Assembly (NCBI GenBank): GCA_002269645.1
Contig: NIVC01002907.1
Span: 60,204-124,203 of the forward strand
DNA length: 64,000 bases
Reading direction: 5' to 3'
Source: Macrostomum lignano
Taxonomy: Eukaryota
Below are positions 48,101 through 62,107 of the stretch, piece by piece. How positions within the stretch are numbered: position 1 is the first letter of the stretch; each line of letters opens with the position of its first letter. The position numbers and the translations under genes were made by a program. The notes under the pieces were generated by a model. That model searched no databases. It saw only the letters and a program-made list of their open reading frames with translations, and was not told where the DNA came from.

Positions 48101-50786
48101 GCAACAATCCAGGTGTCTTAATTGGAGTTGAATTGCAACAATCCACGTGTCTTAATTGGAGTTGAAATGCAACAATCCAGGTGTCTTAATTGGAGTTGAA
48201 TTGCAACAATCCAGGTGTCTTATTTGGAGTTGAATTGCAACAATCCAGGTGTCTTAATTGGAGTTGAAATGCAACAATCCACGTGTCTTAATTGGAGTTG
48301 AATTGCAACAATCCAGGTGTCTTAATTGAAGTTGAAATGCAACAATCCAGGTGTCTTATTTGGAGTTGAATTGCAACAATCCACGTGTCTTAATTGGAGT
48401 TGAAATGCAACAATCTACGTGTCTTAATTGGAGTTGAATTGCAACAATCCAGGTGTCTTAATTGGAGTTGAATTGCAACAATCCACGTGTCTTAATTGAA
48501 GTTAAAATGCAACAATCCACGAGTCTTAATTGGAGTTGAATTGCAACAATCCAGGTGTCTTAATTGGAGTTGAATTGCAACAATCCACGTGTCTTAATTG
48601 GAGTTGAAATGCAACAATCCAGGTGTCTTAATTGGAGTTGAATTGCAACAATCCAGGTGTCTTATTTGGAGTTGAATTGCAACAATCCAGGTGTCTTAAT
48701 TGGAGTTGAAATGCAACAATCCACGTGTCTTAATTGGAGTTGAATTGCAACAATCCAGGTGTCTTAATTGAAGTTGAAATGCAACAATCCAGGTGTCTTA
48801 TTTGGAGTTGAATTGCAACAATCCAGGTGTCTTAATTGGAGTTGAAATGCAACAATCTACGTGTCTTAATTGGAGTTGAATTGCAACAATCCAGGTGTCT
48901 TAATTGGAGTTGAATTGCAACAATCCAGGTGTCTTAATTCGAGTTGAATTGCAACAATCCACGTGTCTTAATTAGAGTTGAATTGCAACAATCCACGTGT
49001 CTTAATTGGAGTTGAAATGCAACAATCCAGGTGTCTTATTTGGAGTTGAAATGCAACAATCCAGGTGTCTTATTTGGAGTTGAAATGCAACAATCCAGGT
49101 GTCTTAATTGGAGTTGAATTGCAACAATCCAGGTGTCTTATTTGGAGTTGAATTGCAACAATCCACGTGTCTTAATTGGAGTTGAAATGCAACAATCCAC
49201 GTGTCTTAATTGGAGTTGAATTGCAACAATCCAGGTGTCTTATTTGGAGTTGAATTGCAACAATCCAGGTGTCTTAATTGGAGTTGAATTGCAACAATCC
49301 ACGTGTCTTAATTGGAGTTGAATTGCAACAATCCAGGTGTCTTAATTGGAGTTGAATTGCAACAATCCACGTGTCTTAATTGAAGTTGAAATGCAACAAT
49401 CCACGTGTCTTAATTGAAGTTGAAATGCAACAATCCACGTGTCTTAATTGGAGTTGAATTGCAATAATCCACGTGTTTTAATTGGAGTTGAATTGCAACA
49501 ATCCACGTGTCTTAATTGAAGTTGAAATGCAACAATCCACGTGTCTTAATTGGAGTTGAATTGCAACAATCCACGTGTCTTAATTGGAGTTGAATTGCAA
49601 CAATCCAGGTGTCTTATTTGGAGTTGAATTGCAACTATCCAGGTGTCTTAATTGGAGTTGAATTGCAACAATCCAGGTGTCTTATTTGGAGTTGAATTGC
49701 AACAATCCAGGTGTCTTAATTGGAGTTGAATTGCAACAATCCAGGTGTCTTATTTGGAGTTGAATTGCAACAATCCAGGTGTCTTTTTTGGAGTTGAATT
49801 GCAACAATCCAGGTGTCTTAATTGAAGTTGAAATGCAACAATCCACGTGTCTTAATTGAAGTTAAAATGCAACAATCCACGAGTCTTAATTGGAGTTGAA
49901 TTGCAACAATCCAGGTGTCTTAATTGGAGTTGAATTGCAACAATCCACGTGTCTTAATTGGAGTTGAAATGCAACAATCCAGGTGTCTTAATTGGAGTTG
50001 AATTGCAACAATCCAGGTGTCTTATTTGGAGTTGAATTGCAACAATCCAGGTGTCTTAATTGGAGTTGAAATGCAACAATCCACGTGTCTTAATTGGAGT
50101 TGAATTGCAACAATCCAGGTGTCTTAATTGAAGTTGAAATGCAACAATCCAGGTGTCTTATTTGGAGTTGAATTGCAACAATCCACGTGTCTTAATTGGA
50201 GTTGAAATGCAACAATCTACGTGTCTTAATTGGAGTTGAATTGCAACAATCCAGGTGTCTTATTTGGAGTTGAATTGCAACAATCCAGGTGTCTTAATTC
50301 GAGTTGAATTGCAACAATCCACGTGTCTTAATTGAAGTTGAAATGCAACAATCCACGTGTCTTAATTGGAGTTGAATTGCAATAATCCACGTGTTTTAAT
50401 TGGAGTTGAATTGCAACAATCCACGTGTCTTAATTGAAGTTGAAATGCAACAATCCAGGTGTCTTAATTGGAGTTGAATTGCAACTATCCAGGTGTCTTA
50501 ATTGGAGTTGAATTGCAACAATCCAGGTGTCTTATTTGGAGTTGAATTGCAACAATCCACGTGTCTTAATTGGAGTTGAATTGCAACAATCCAGGTGTCT
50601 TATTTGGAGTTGAATTGCAACAATCCAGGTGTCTTATTTGGAGTTGAATTGCAACAATCCAGGTGTCTTATTTGGAGTTGAATTGCAACAATCCAGGTGT
50701 CTTATTTGGAGTTGAATTGCAACAATCCAGGTGTCTTAATTGGAGTTGAATTGCAACAATCCACGTGTCTTAATTGGAGTTGAAAT

Positions 50787-51976
50787 TGTGATAAATAGGC
50801 AATTAGATAATAGCATGCACGGTAAGCAATTATTTAGGCCCTAGACAAATCTACTTGGAGCGTTTGGAGATTTTAAAGCTATTAATCCTAATCGCCTATC
50901 GCCGGTCGGCGAGTCCTACCAGTCTTTCTCCAATAGCCGCAGGTACAGTACAAGAAAATAAAGAACACGAGGGAACACAAACCGAAAGATTTAGAGAGTG
51001 ATAATCCTATTTCAAGAATAACTAACTTGATTGACGGTTTAATTTGATTAGCTGAGTTACAAGATTTAGAGCAAATTCGCGGCGCAGATAATTAGACTGA
51101 TAATAACGAATAATAACGATTAATAATAATGATTATATTACGCACTGACAAGCGGATCTCAGCTGAAGAAGAAGAAGGAGAAGGAGAACCGAACACGACC
51201 ACGGAGAAGACTCCTAACCCTGGCCTAAGCCAGAACCTACTCTCAAACGAGAGCCCTGCCGAACCGACCGTTCAACGGAGTACCGACTAAATTCTATCGG
51301 CACTGCCCTTCAGTGTAACACTGAGGCCCTCGGGGTCGAGGCCGCGTACTTGATCAGATCCGACAGTCTCTATCTAACCGCGCTTGATAGCGACGACTTC
51401 AGACAGAAATTTGCCGTAGACGTTACGCCACAAGACTACTGCGGTTGGGCGGAACAAAAAAATGGACCGGGGGTGATGAATTCAGGCGCCTCAAAGCGCG
51501 AACCAACAAGAGGAGAAAAATCGGGCCACCGGCCGGGAACTGGACAAGACAAAACCGGGGAAAGGGAGCAAGTGAGATCCGATTGCCAAAACACACTTTC
51601 ATATATAGTCAGAGTCACAACCCCTCAAAACTCCCCTCAAGCCGGGTGGTGGTCGTCTGGCCGGCCGCTCGCTTAAGCCGAATTGCACTGTGCCCGCGGC
51701 GCCGGGTAGAATTGAAACTTGCCGCGTGCCAGGGTCCAGGCCGGTTCTGATTGGCTGACCGCGCAAAGCTGGGGTTCGCAGACAAACTCAACCCTCCGCT
51801 GAGTCACAAAATTGGCGTCTAACTCTAACCTGTTTACAATTTTAGATTTCAACCAACTAGAAAAAGTACACAAAAAAACGCATGACTAAACTAAAGCAAA
51901 ATAACAATTCAATAACAATATAGAAACTAATGCAGTCAATTTACAACAAAATACACGCAAAGATGCTCACACTACA
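50787..51976 (-). mobile_element. Solo LTR (1190 bp) with 4-bp target-site duplication AAAT
   Basis: GAAAT|TGT...ACA|AAATGCAAC restores the satellite monomer TTGAAATGCAAC with AAAT duplicated. Confidence 0.94.
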
Positions 51977-54900
51977 AAATGCAACAATCCAGGTGTCTTA
52001 ATTGGAGTTGAATTGCAACAATCCACGTGTCTTATTTGGAGTTGAAATGCAACAATCCAGGTGTCTTAATTGGAGTTGAAATGCAACAATCCACGTGTCT
52101 TAATTGGAGTTGAATTGCAACAATCCAGGTGTCTTAATTGGAGTTGAAATGCAACAATCCAGGTGTCTTATTTGGAGTTGAATTGCAACAATCCACGTGT
52201 CTTAATTGGAGTTGAATTGCAACAATCCACGTGTCTTATTGGAGTTGAATTGCAACAATCCACGTGTCTTATTTGGAGTTGAATTGCAACAATCCACGTG
52301 TCTTAATTGGAGTTGAATTGCAACAATCCACGTGTCTTAATTGAAGTTGAAATGCAACAATCCACGTGTCTTAATTGGAGTTGAATGCAACAATCCAGGT
52401 GTCTTAATTGGAGTTGAATTGCAACAATCCACGTGTCTTAATTGGAGTTGAATTGCAACAATCCAGGTGTCTTAATTGGAGTTGAATTGCAACAATCCAG
52501 GTGTCTTAATTGGAGTTGAATTGCAACAATCCAGGTGTCTTAATTGGAAGTTGAAATGCAACAATCCAGGTGTCTTAATTGGAGTTGAATTGCAACAATC
52601 CAGGTGTCTTAATTGGAGTTGAAATGCAACAATCCAGGTGTCTTAATTGGAGTTGAATTGCAACAATCCAGGTGTCTTAATTGGAGTTGAATGCAACAAT
52701 CCACGTGTCTTAATTGGAGTTGAATTGCAACAATCCACGTGTCTTAATTGGAGTTGAATTGCAACAATCCAGGTGTCTTAATTGGAGTTGAATTGCAACA
52801 ATCCAGGTGTCTTAATTAGAGTTGAATTGCAACAATCCACGTGTCTTAATTGGAGTTGAATTGCAACAATCCAGGTGTCTTATTGGAGTTGAAATGCAAC
52901 AATCCAGGTGTCTTATTTGGAGTTGAATTGCAACAATCCAGGTGTCTTAATTGGAGTTGAATTGCAACAATCCAGGTGTCTTATTGGAGTTGAATTGCAA
53001 CAATCCAGGTGTCTTAATTGGAGTTGAATTGCAACAATCCACGTGTCTTAATTGGAGTTGAATTGCAACAATCCACGTGTCTTAATTGGAGTTGAATTGC
53101 AACAATCCAGGTGTCTTAATTGGAGTTGAATTGCAACAATCCACGTGTCTTAATTGGAGTTGAATTGCAACAATCCACGTGTCTTAATTGGAGTTGAATT
53201 GCAACAATCCACGTGTCTTAATTGGAGTTGAATTGCAACAATCCACGTGTCTTAATTGAAGTTGAAATGCAACAATCCACGTGTCTTAATTGAGTTGAAA
53301 TGCAACAATCCACGTGTCTTAATTGGAGTTGAATTGCAACAATCCACGTGTCTTAATTGGAGTTGAATTGCAACAATCCACGTGTCTTAATTGGAGTTGA
53401 ATTGCAACAATCCACGTGTCTTAATTGGAGTTGAATTGCAACAATCCAGGTGTCTTATTTGGAGTTGAATTGCAACAATCCAGGTGTCTTATTTGGAGTT
53501 GAATTGCAACAATCCAGGTGTCTTATTTGGAGTTGAATTGCAACAATCCAGGTGTCTTAATTGGAGTTGAATTGCAACAATCCAGGTGTCTTATTTGGAG
53601 TTGAATTGCAACAATCCAGGTGTCTTATTTGGAGTTGAATTGCAACAATCCAGGTGTCTTAATTGGAGTTGAATTGCAACAATCCAGGTGTCTTAATTGG
53701 AGTTGAATTGCAACAATCCACGTGTCTTAATTGGAGTTGAATTGCAACAATCCAGGTGTCTTAATTGGAGTTGAATTGCAACAATCCACGTGTCTTAATT
53801 GGAGTTGAATTGCAACAATCCAGGTGTCTTAATTGGAGTTGAATTGCAACAATCCAGGTGTCTTATTTGGAGTTGAATTGCAACAATCCAGGTGTCTTAA
53901 TTGGAGTTGAATTGCAACAATCCAGGTGTCTTTTTGGAGTTGAATTGCAACAATCCAGGTGTCTTTTTGGAGTTGAATTGCAACAATCCAGGTGTCTTAT
54001 TTGGAGTTGAATTGCAACAATCCAGGTGTCTTAATTGGAGTTGAATTGCAACAATCCAGGTGTCTTAATTGGAGTTGAATTGCAACAATCCAGGTGTCTT
54101 AATTGGAGTTGAATTGCAACAATCCAGGTGTCTTAATTGGAGTTGAATTGCAACAATCCAGGTGTCTTATTTGGAGTTGAATTGCAACAATCCAGGTGTC
54201 TTATTTGGAGTTGAATTGCAACAATCCACGTGTCTTAATTGGAGTTGAATTGCAACAATCCACGTGTCTTAATTGAAGTTGAAATGCAACAATCCACGTG
54301 TCTTAATTGAAGTTAAAATGCAACAATCCACGAGTCTTAATTGGAGTTGAATTGCAACAATCCACGTGTCTTAATTGGAGTTGAATTGCAACAATCCAGG
54401 TGTCTTATTTGGAGTTGAATTGCAACAATCCAGGTGTCTTAATTGGAGTTGAAATGCAACAATCCACGTGTCTTAATTGGAGTTGAATTGCAACAATCCA
54501 GGTGTCTTAATTGAAGTTGAATTGCAACAATCCAGGTGTCTTATTTGGAGTTGAATTGCAACAATCCACGTGTCTTAATTGGAGTTGAAATGCAACAATC
54601 TACGTGTCTTAATTGGAGTTGAATTGCAACAATCCAGGTGTCTTAATTGGAGTTGAATTGCAACAATCCAGGTGTCTTAATTCGAGTTGAATTGCAACAA
54701 TCCACGTGTCTTAATTGGAGTTGAATTGCAACAATCCACGTGTCTTAATTGGAGTTGAATTGCAACAATCCAGGTGTCTTATTTGGAGTTGAATTGCAAC
54801 AATCCACGTGTCTTAATTGGAGTTGAAATGCAACAATCCACGTGTCTTAATTGGAGTTGAATTGCAACAATCCAGGTGTCTTAATTCGAGTTGAATTGCA

Positions 54901-57704
54901 ACAATCCAGGTGTCTTAATTGGAGTTGAATTGCAACAATCCACGTGTCTTAATTGGAGTTGAATTGCAACAATCCAGGTGTCTTAATTGGAGTTGAATTG
55001 CAACAATCCACGTGTCTTAATTGAAGTTGAAATGCAACAATCCACGTGTCTTAATTGAAGTTGAAATGCAACAATCCACGTGTCTTAATTGGAGTTGAAT
55101 TGCAATAATCCACGTGTTTTAATTGGAGTTGAATTGCAACAATCTACGTGTCTTAATTGGAGTTGAAATGCAACAATCCACGTGTCTTAATTGAAGTTGA
55201 AATGCAACAATCCACGTGTCTTAATTGGAGTTGAATTGCAATAATCCACGTGTTTTAATTGGAGTTGAATTGCAACAATCCACGTGTCTTAATTGAAGTT
55301 GAAATGCAACAATCCACGTGTCTTAATTGGAGTTGAATTGCAACAATCCACGTGTCTTAATTGGAGTTGAATTGCAACAATCCAGGTGTCTTATTTGGAG
55401 TTGAATTGCAACAATCCAGGTGTCTTATTTGGAGTTGAATTGCAACAATCCAGGTGTCTTAATTGGAGTTGAATTGCAACAATCCAGGTGTCTTAATTGG
55501 AGTTGAATTGCAACAATCCACGAGTCTTAATTGGAGTTTAATTGCAACAATCCAGGTGTCTTATTTGGAGTTGAATTGCAACAATCCACGTGTCTTAATT
55601 GGAGTTGAATTGCAACAATCCAGGTGTCTTAATTGGAGTTGAATTGCAACAATCCAGGTGTCTTATTTGGAGTTGAATTGCAACAATCCAGGTGTCTTAA
55701 TTGGAGTTGAAATGCAACAATCCAGGTGTCCTTTTTGGAGTTGAATTGCAACAATCCACGTGTCTTTTTTGGAGTTGAATTGCAACAATCCAGGTGTCTT
55801 ATTTGAAGTTGAATTGCACCAATCCAGGTGTCTTAATTGGAGTTGAATTGCAACAATCCAGGTGTCTTAATTGGAGTTGAATTGCAACAATCCAGGTGTC
55901 TTAATTGGAGTTGAATTGCAACAATCCAGGTGTCTTAATTGGAGTTGAATTGCAACAATCCAGGTGTCTTATTTGGAGTTGAATTGCAACAATCCACGTG
56001 TCTTATTTGGAGTTGAAATGCAACAATCCAGGTGTCTTATTTGGAGTTGAATTGCAACAATCCACGTGTCTTAATTGGAGTTGAATTGCAACAATCCAGG
56101 TGTCCCAATGGGGGTTGAATTGCAACAATCCAGGTGTCCTAGTTGGAGTTGAATTGCAACAATCCAGGTGTCCCAATGGGGGTTGAATTGCAACAATCCA
56201 GGTGTCCTAGTTGGAGTTGAATTGCAACAATCCAGGTGTCCCAATTGGGGTCTAATTGCAACAATCCAGGTGTCCCAATTGGGGTCTAATTGCAACAATC
56301 CAGATGTCCCAATTGGAGTTGAATTGCAACAATCCAGGTGTCCCAATTGGGGTCTAATTGCAACAATCCAGGTGTCCCAATTGGGGTCTAATTGCAACAA
56401 TCCAGGTGTCCTAGTTGGAGTTGAATTGCAACAATCCAGGTGTCCCAATTGGGGTCTAATTGCAACAATCCAGGTGTCCCAATTGGGGTCTAATTGCAAC
56501 AATCCAGATGTCCCAATTGGAGTTGAATTGCAACAATTCAGGTGTCCCAATTGGGGTCTAATTGCAACAATCCAGGTGTCCCAATTGGGGTCTAATTGCA
56601 ACAATCCAGGTGTCCTAGTTGGAGTTGAATTGCTCGTGCAGCCCTCCACAAATCCGCTACATGTGCCGGCTTTCCAACCTTCTTCATTTATTTCGACTTC
56701 CTATCTTCGCCCCCGTCTCTACGTGTATAAATAGTTTCCATAAGGCTGCCAACCCGCCAGCGAACATGGGACTAATCTGATTTACCTCAACTGGGCCGGG
56801 CCAGACTCGAAAGGGATCCGTAATTATTCATGCGCATCCAGCTGCACCGCCGCCCAGCCTCCTTCCTCCACCAGGGCCAGCAAGTGAATCCGAGCTCTTC
56901 CCGCTGGGGACTGCCTGTCATTTTTTTGTGCGTAGCTGGCTAAACTGAAAAAATGCGGTAATTGCTACTGGTAGTATAAAGAAAGTCAAAGCTATCTTCT
57001 AGTACATGTAGCTCCGTATTGATGCGGAAAAAACTGCCGTATAACTGGAGGGCTGAGCAGGCGGCTGGCTAGGGTGAGCCGCAGATAGGGACATGGGATG
57101 TGTGGCGCTGCAGAAAGGATAAAGGGATGAGGAATTGCAGGAAGACGAGCTCCAGACACACCTAGCTTGCGTTCAGCACTTCCGCAGCCTCCCATCCCCA
57201 GATTCCCATCCGTTCCAAGTCTTTTACCCACTCTTCCTAGAGCTCTTCTCTTCCTAGCCGGCAGTTCCCCTCCTCTACGTTCCCGTGCGCGATGTTTTGT
57301 GGCACATCCACGGCCGCGGCAGACCGGCCATTGATCCCAACGGCGTGTTCTCCCCTCCCTGTGCGTCTCCCAGCTTCAGCCCGCAGATGGCGAGCCCAGC
57401 TGCCAGGCCGATCCGGGGGGGGGGGGGGGAGCATCGGACCCAGGGCTCTGGAGGCTCAGGGGAGAAGGATGCGGAGAGAAGTGGGAGAGAAAAGCCGCCT
57501 GAAATATTTATGCCGGACTCAGCGTAGAGAGGCGCGGCCGCATCCCTAATATCCTCCCAAATAACCTTTCCGCTACTACCAGGACGGCTCATGTATCCGT
57601 CTTTACTATCTCGCTTGCAAAAATGATAGTCTAATCATTTTAGTACTCTCGAATATGTCTTTTAGAGTTTTTTCCAGAACTTTGTGGTCGGAATTTGTAT
57701 TGTC

Positions 57705-57923
57705 GGGGTTGTAGCCTAGTGGTTAGAGCGACTCAGGACTAAAAGGTCGGGGGTTCGATTCTCGACCTACTCGGAACAATTTGTGTCCTTGAGCAAGACA
57801 ACTCTGCATTGCTTCAGTTCACCCAGCTGTAAAATGGGTGCCAGCATTAGCTGGGGTAATTGAGGCTGTGTGTGGCGACCCCCCAGTCCTTGGACTGAAC
57901 AGCCGTACGCAGCCTTCAGATGC
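57705..57923 (+). mobile_element. tRNA-derived CORE-like SINE, copy 2
   Basis: Clear similarity to 26102-26320; canonical B box GGTTCGATTCT. Confidence 0.8.
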
Positions 57924-59619
57924 GCCGCGCAATAGCTGCGGCTGAGCTGTCGGTTGCACATCTGCACATTGGGGCCGGTGTAATAAAACTTCAACGCACA
58001 GTCAGGTTGTTTCGTTAATTCAAATTCGAATCTGCGCCAAAAGCCGGAAATTAATTTTGTTTCCAAAAGTAATCACTCCTAACGAAATTCTTAAGCTTTA
58101 AAGAAGCATTAAGTACTTAACTGTGCATTTTGCTTCAATTTAGATTTTGTCATATCCAACTGCCCAGATCCTAGTCATGCCTGCTTCCAGAATTAACTTC
58201 TGCACGCCAAGCCGAGCGTTTTCATTGTTTAATCCCCACATTTCTAGAAGCTCTATTTTTGTTATTGTTTTAATCAGATGTACAGCACCGCATGCAAACA
58301 GCATGTAGGCTGGAGCTTTAAAACAGACAGTTCCTTTGGTTAAACAGTGCAGATCAGCGACTGGGACCACAGGGATGGATGGATTGATGAGCGAGGGGAG
58401 CGTGAAGGGCGGGATGGGTGGATTAGGAAAGCGGAGCACTGATCCAGCGCTGCACTGCCCCTTTATTTTGCCATTCGCTTTCTCCCTCTCCTCTCCCCCT
58501 CCCCCCAGCCCCCGATTTTCATTCCCCATGGGATGGCCTCAGAGTGAGTTAGAGTGGTTGCGATTCTTCAGAGATTCTCTGGCTGCCGTCCAGGTTTTCT
58601 TTTCAGAGAACTCGTTCGGCCGGGGCCCCCTGAAACAGAACTGGCTACTCATTAGCCCCGTGTCTCGAATGGGAATTAGATTGTCCAATTCAATTATGAC
58701 TCTTGCGAGGCCCTGGCCTTCCTTTTGCTCTCCTCCCTACCCCCCTCTTGCTGTTTCTATAGAAGAGACTATGGTACTACGGAGGTGAGAGGGCTCCCCG
58801 AGGGTGGCTGATCGGCGCTTGAGTTCAGCCGGGGCCAATTATGAAGCAAGCGGCGGGCTGCCCGAGACTCAACAGTTCCTACTTTCGAAGGAAGAACTCT
58901 TAATAAAATGAAAGATCTAAATATAGTAAGCAGCGCGTCGGGAATTTGAGCAGTAAGAAAAAACACGCGCGAAAATCGCCACTAGAACCCGTTTTTACGC
59001 GGCTGTGTCTCTTGCCTTTGCTGCCGCTGTAGGCTGTCTCTGTCTTATATGCATTTTTCCTTCTATTTATATCGAATATCGCCCCTCAACCCAGCTCCGA
59101 GTCCGTGGAGAGAGAGAGAGCTAGAGACAGAGGGAGAGATAATATCTCGTATTTTCGCTAAGCCAGGATCCCACGCACAAAACAGAGAATGACTCGAGTA
59201 GAGACGACAGACAGGCGAGGCAAATGAGAAGACGAGAACCTGAATACAAGGAGATGAGAGTTTTTAGCTTGCTGGGCCAGCGCCCAGCGGCCTGAGTATG
59301 CGTATCAATAATTAATGAGCCCCATCACTGAGCTGGCTGAGCAGCCGCCCTTGTCCCAGTTCTCAGAGGCCCAAGAGCGGATAGCTACATTAATTGTCGC
59401 TCTTCTTCGACTGCTCGCCAATTGGTGCGAAATATACATGTATTGCGCCTTCGTATGCTGCAGTTGCTCAGCTCGATCTGGGGTGATCAGGGCGAGGGTT
59501 GCAATTCCATTCATTCTGCGCTTTCTCTTCTGACTTTAATGCACTCATACTGGCCCCCACCTTGTATCCTTCTTACTTGCCTAATCTCACCTGTTTCTGC
59601 TCCCGGCTCTTCTCGCGTG

Positions 59620-60628
59620 TCTCTTTCACCTGTCTCTTCTCACCTGTCTCTTCTCACTTGTCTCTTCTCACCTGTCTCTTCTCACCTGTCTCTTCTCACC
59701 TGTCTCTTCTCACCTGTCTCTTCTCACCTGTCTCTTCTCACCTGTCTCTTCTCACCTGTCTCTTCTCACTGTCTCTTCTCACCTGTCTCTTCTCACCTGT
59801 CTCTTCTCATCTCTCTTTTCTCACCTGTCTCTTCTCACCTGTCTCTTCTCACCTGTCTCTTCTCACCTGTCTCTTCTCACCTGTCTCTTCTCATCTCTCT
59901 TTTCTCACCTGTCTCTTCTCATCTCTTTTCTCACCTGTCTCTTCTCATCTCTCTTTTCAAACCTGTCTCTTCTCTCCTCTCTCTTCTCACATGTCTCTTC
60001 TCACCTGTCTCTTCTCACCTGTCTCTTCTCACTTGTCACTTGTCACTTGTTTCTTCTCACCTGTCTCTTCTCACTTGTCTCTTCTCAACTGTCTCTTCTC
60101 AAACGGTCTCTTCTCACCTGTTTCTTCTTACCTGTCTCTTCTCACCTGTCTCTTCTCACTTGTCACTTGTCACTTGTCACTTGTTTTTTCTCACTTGTCT
60201 CTTCTCAACTGTCTCTTCTCACTTGTCACTTGTCACCTGTCTCTTCTCACCTGTCTCTTCTCACCTGTCTCTTCTCACTTGTCACTTGTCACTTGTCACT
60301 TGTTTTTTCTCACTTGTCTCTTCTCAACTGTCTCTTCTCACTTGTCACTTGTCACCTGTATCTTCTCACCTGTCTCTTCTCACCTGTCTCTTCTCAACTG
60401 TCTCTTCTCACCTGTCTCTTCTCACCTGTCTCTTCTCACCTGTCTCTTCTCAACTGTCTCTTCTCACCTGTCTCTTCCCAATCTCTCTTCTCAACTGTCT
60501 CTTCTCACCTGTCTCTTCTCAACTGTCTCTTCTCACCTGTCTCTTCCAATCTCTCTTCTCAACTGTCTCTTCTCACCTGTCTCTTCTCACCTGTCTCTTC
60601 TCAACTGTCTCTTCTCACATGTCTCTTC
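59620..60628. repeat. 14-bp minisatellite (TCTCTTCTCACCTG)
   Basis: Read directly; source of spurious LFSPVSSHL ORFs. Confidence 0.93.
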
Positions 60629-61981
60629 CCTACTGTCTCTACCTCTGCCTCTACCTGGCTACTATAATCTTCCCATCCCGTCTCTCCCATCTCTCCTCAG
60701 AGCACGCATCTGAATCGCAGACCTAAGCTTCAATTGTTTATACTTCAATCCCACAAGCTATTCAAGTGACAGAATTAGCCCGGGCCCAGCCAGTCTATTT
60801 CAGCTTTTTTAACTTCCTCTCCGGACTGAAAAGCCTCAGGAAGCAGCCCCTCCCCCCCCCCCGATCCCTGTCGGGGTCTGAGTAGTTCTCAAGGATTGGG
60901 AAGAAACACAGGAAATCCCCACCCTTTAGGCACACGAGGAAGAGGCACTGCTGCTGCTGCTGCTGCTGGTGGACTAAAGTCTCCCCGTCCGCGCTCGCTC
61001 TTCGGTTTCCCGTTGGGAAATTCTCGGGCCAAAGAGTCGCAATATGAGGAAAATTTTAGAAACGGGGTGGACTCGCGCCTATTTAAAGACTGCACACCTC
61101 CTGTCATTCGTGTTCTTCTCTTTTTTGTCGCCGAATTTGTCGTTCCCGCCGTTGCTACCCCGAGCCGGGCTGCTTCTCCCCTCAATCAAGCGTGTCTGTC
61201 GTCGGCCCAAAATCAATGCCCTACAGCCCGGTAGTGTCTGCCTGGGGGGGGGGTAGCGAAGCATCGATTTTGAAGGATTAAGCGTAGGGGGGGGGCTCAT
61301 AGTGGGTAGGTGTCAAAGAAGAATTTTCACCCAGGGGCTCGCTCTTGCTACAGTGTTAAATATGGCCGCTAAGCCGCTACGAGACGATGTTTTGCTTAGT
61401 TCGATGATGAGCCGATTTTTCTACATCGATTCTCGAGTAGTTCGCCTGTTGTGTTTCCCGAAGACCCACCCGACTGAGAGGCAGACAGAGACAGGCAAAG
61501 ACTGAGGCAGAGAGTGGGGGCTTCCCTCTGGTAGCCGGGAGCAACAGGCCGGTTCCTTGCCTCCTAATTAACAAATTGCTGTTTTTTCTACATCATCTTT
61601 TACGTTACCTTAAAGAGGAGCTGCTTTCGAAACGGGAGACCCAGCCTATTGGGATTAATCAACTTGCAACAGGGGGGCGGAGGAGGAGGAAGAAGGGGAG
61701 ATTTGTGGCGCATGGGATGCGGCCTGAGAGAATGGGAGTGGGCGAGACTGAAGTGGAAGCGAGTGAGTCAGCGACGGATAACGGCTGAAGAGGCGCGCCG
61801 GGGATAAGTATGCTAATGCATCTGAGAGCGACTTTGCTGTGAATTGCTGAGTCGGTGAGGGAGAGGGAAGGAAGGAAGAAGCAGAAAGGAATGAATGCGG
61901 AACCTCATTTGTGCCCTGAGCCCGTTCCTTAAAATCCACATTTTGCCCCGCGTTAGAAAGGTCGGATCACACACTCACTCA

Positions 61982-62107
<126 letters not shown>

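Larger units (their letters stand above)
32706..56633. repeat. 34-bp satellite array (CAACAATCCA/CG/AGTGTCTTAATTGGAGTTGAATTG consensus), interrupted by the Gypsy element and two extra LTR copies
   Basis: Blocks at 32706-33277, 42984-44820, 45142-50786 and 51977-56633; 34-bp period measured. Confidence 0.97.

Noticed and set aside
32706-56633. CRISPR array (34-bp, weakly palindromic, GTTG/CAAC ends)
   Set aside because: Monomers are head-to-tail with no spacers; no cas genes; eukaryotic context.
58140-58529. 129-aa minus-strand ORF
   Set aside because: No recognisable homology or convincing splice context.
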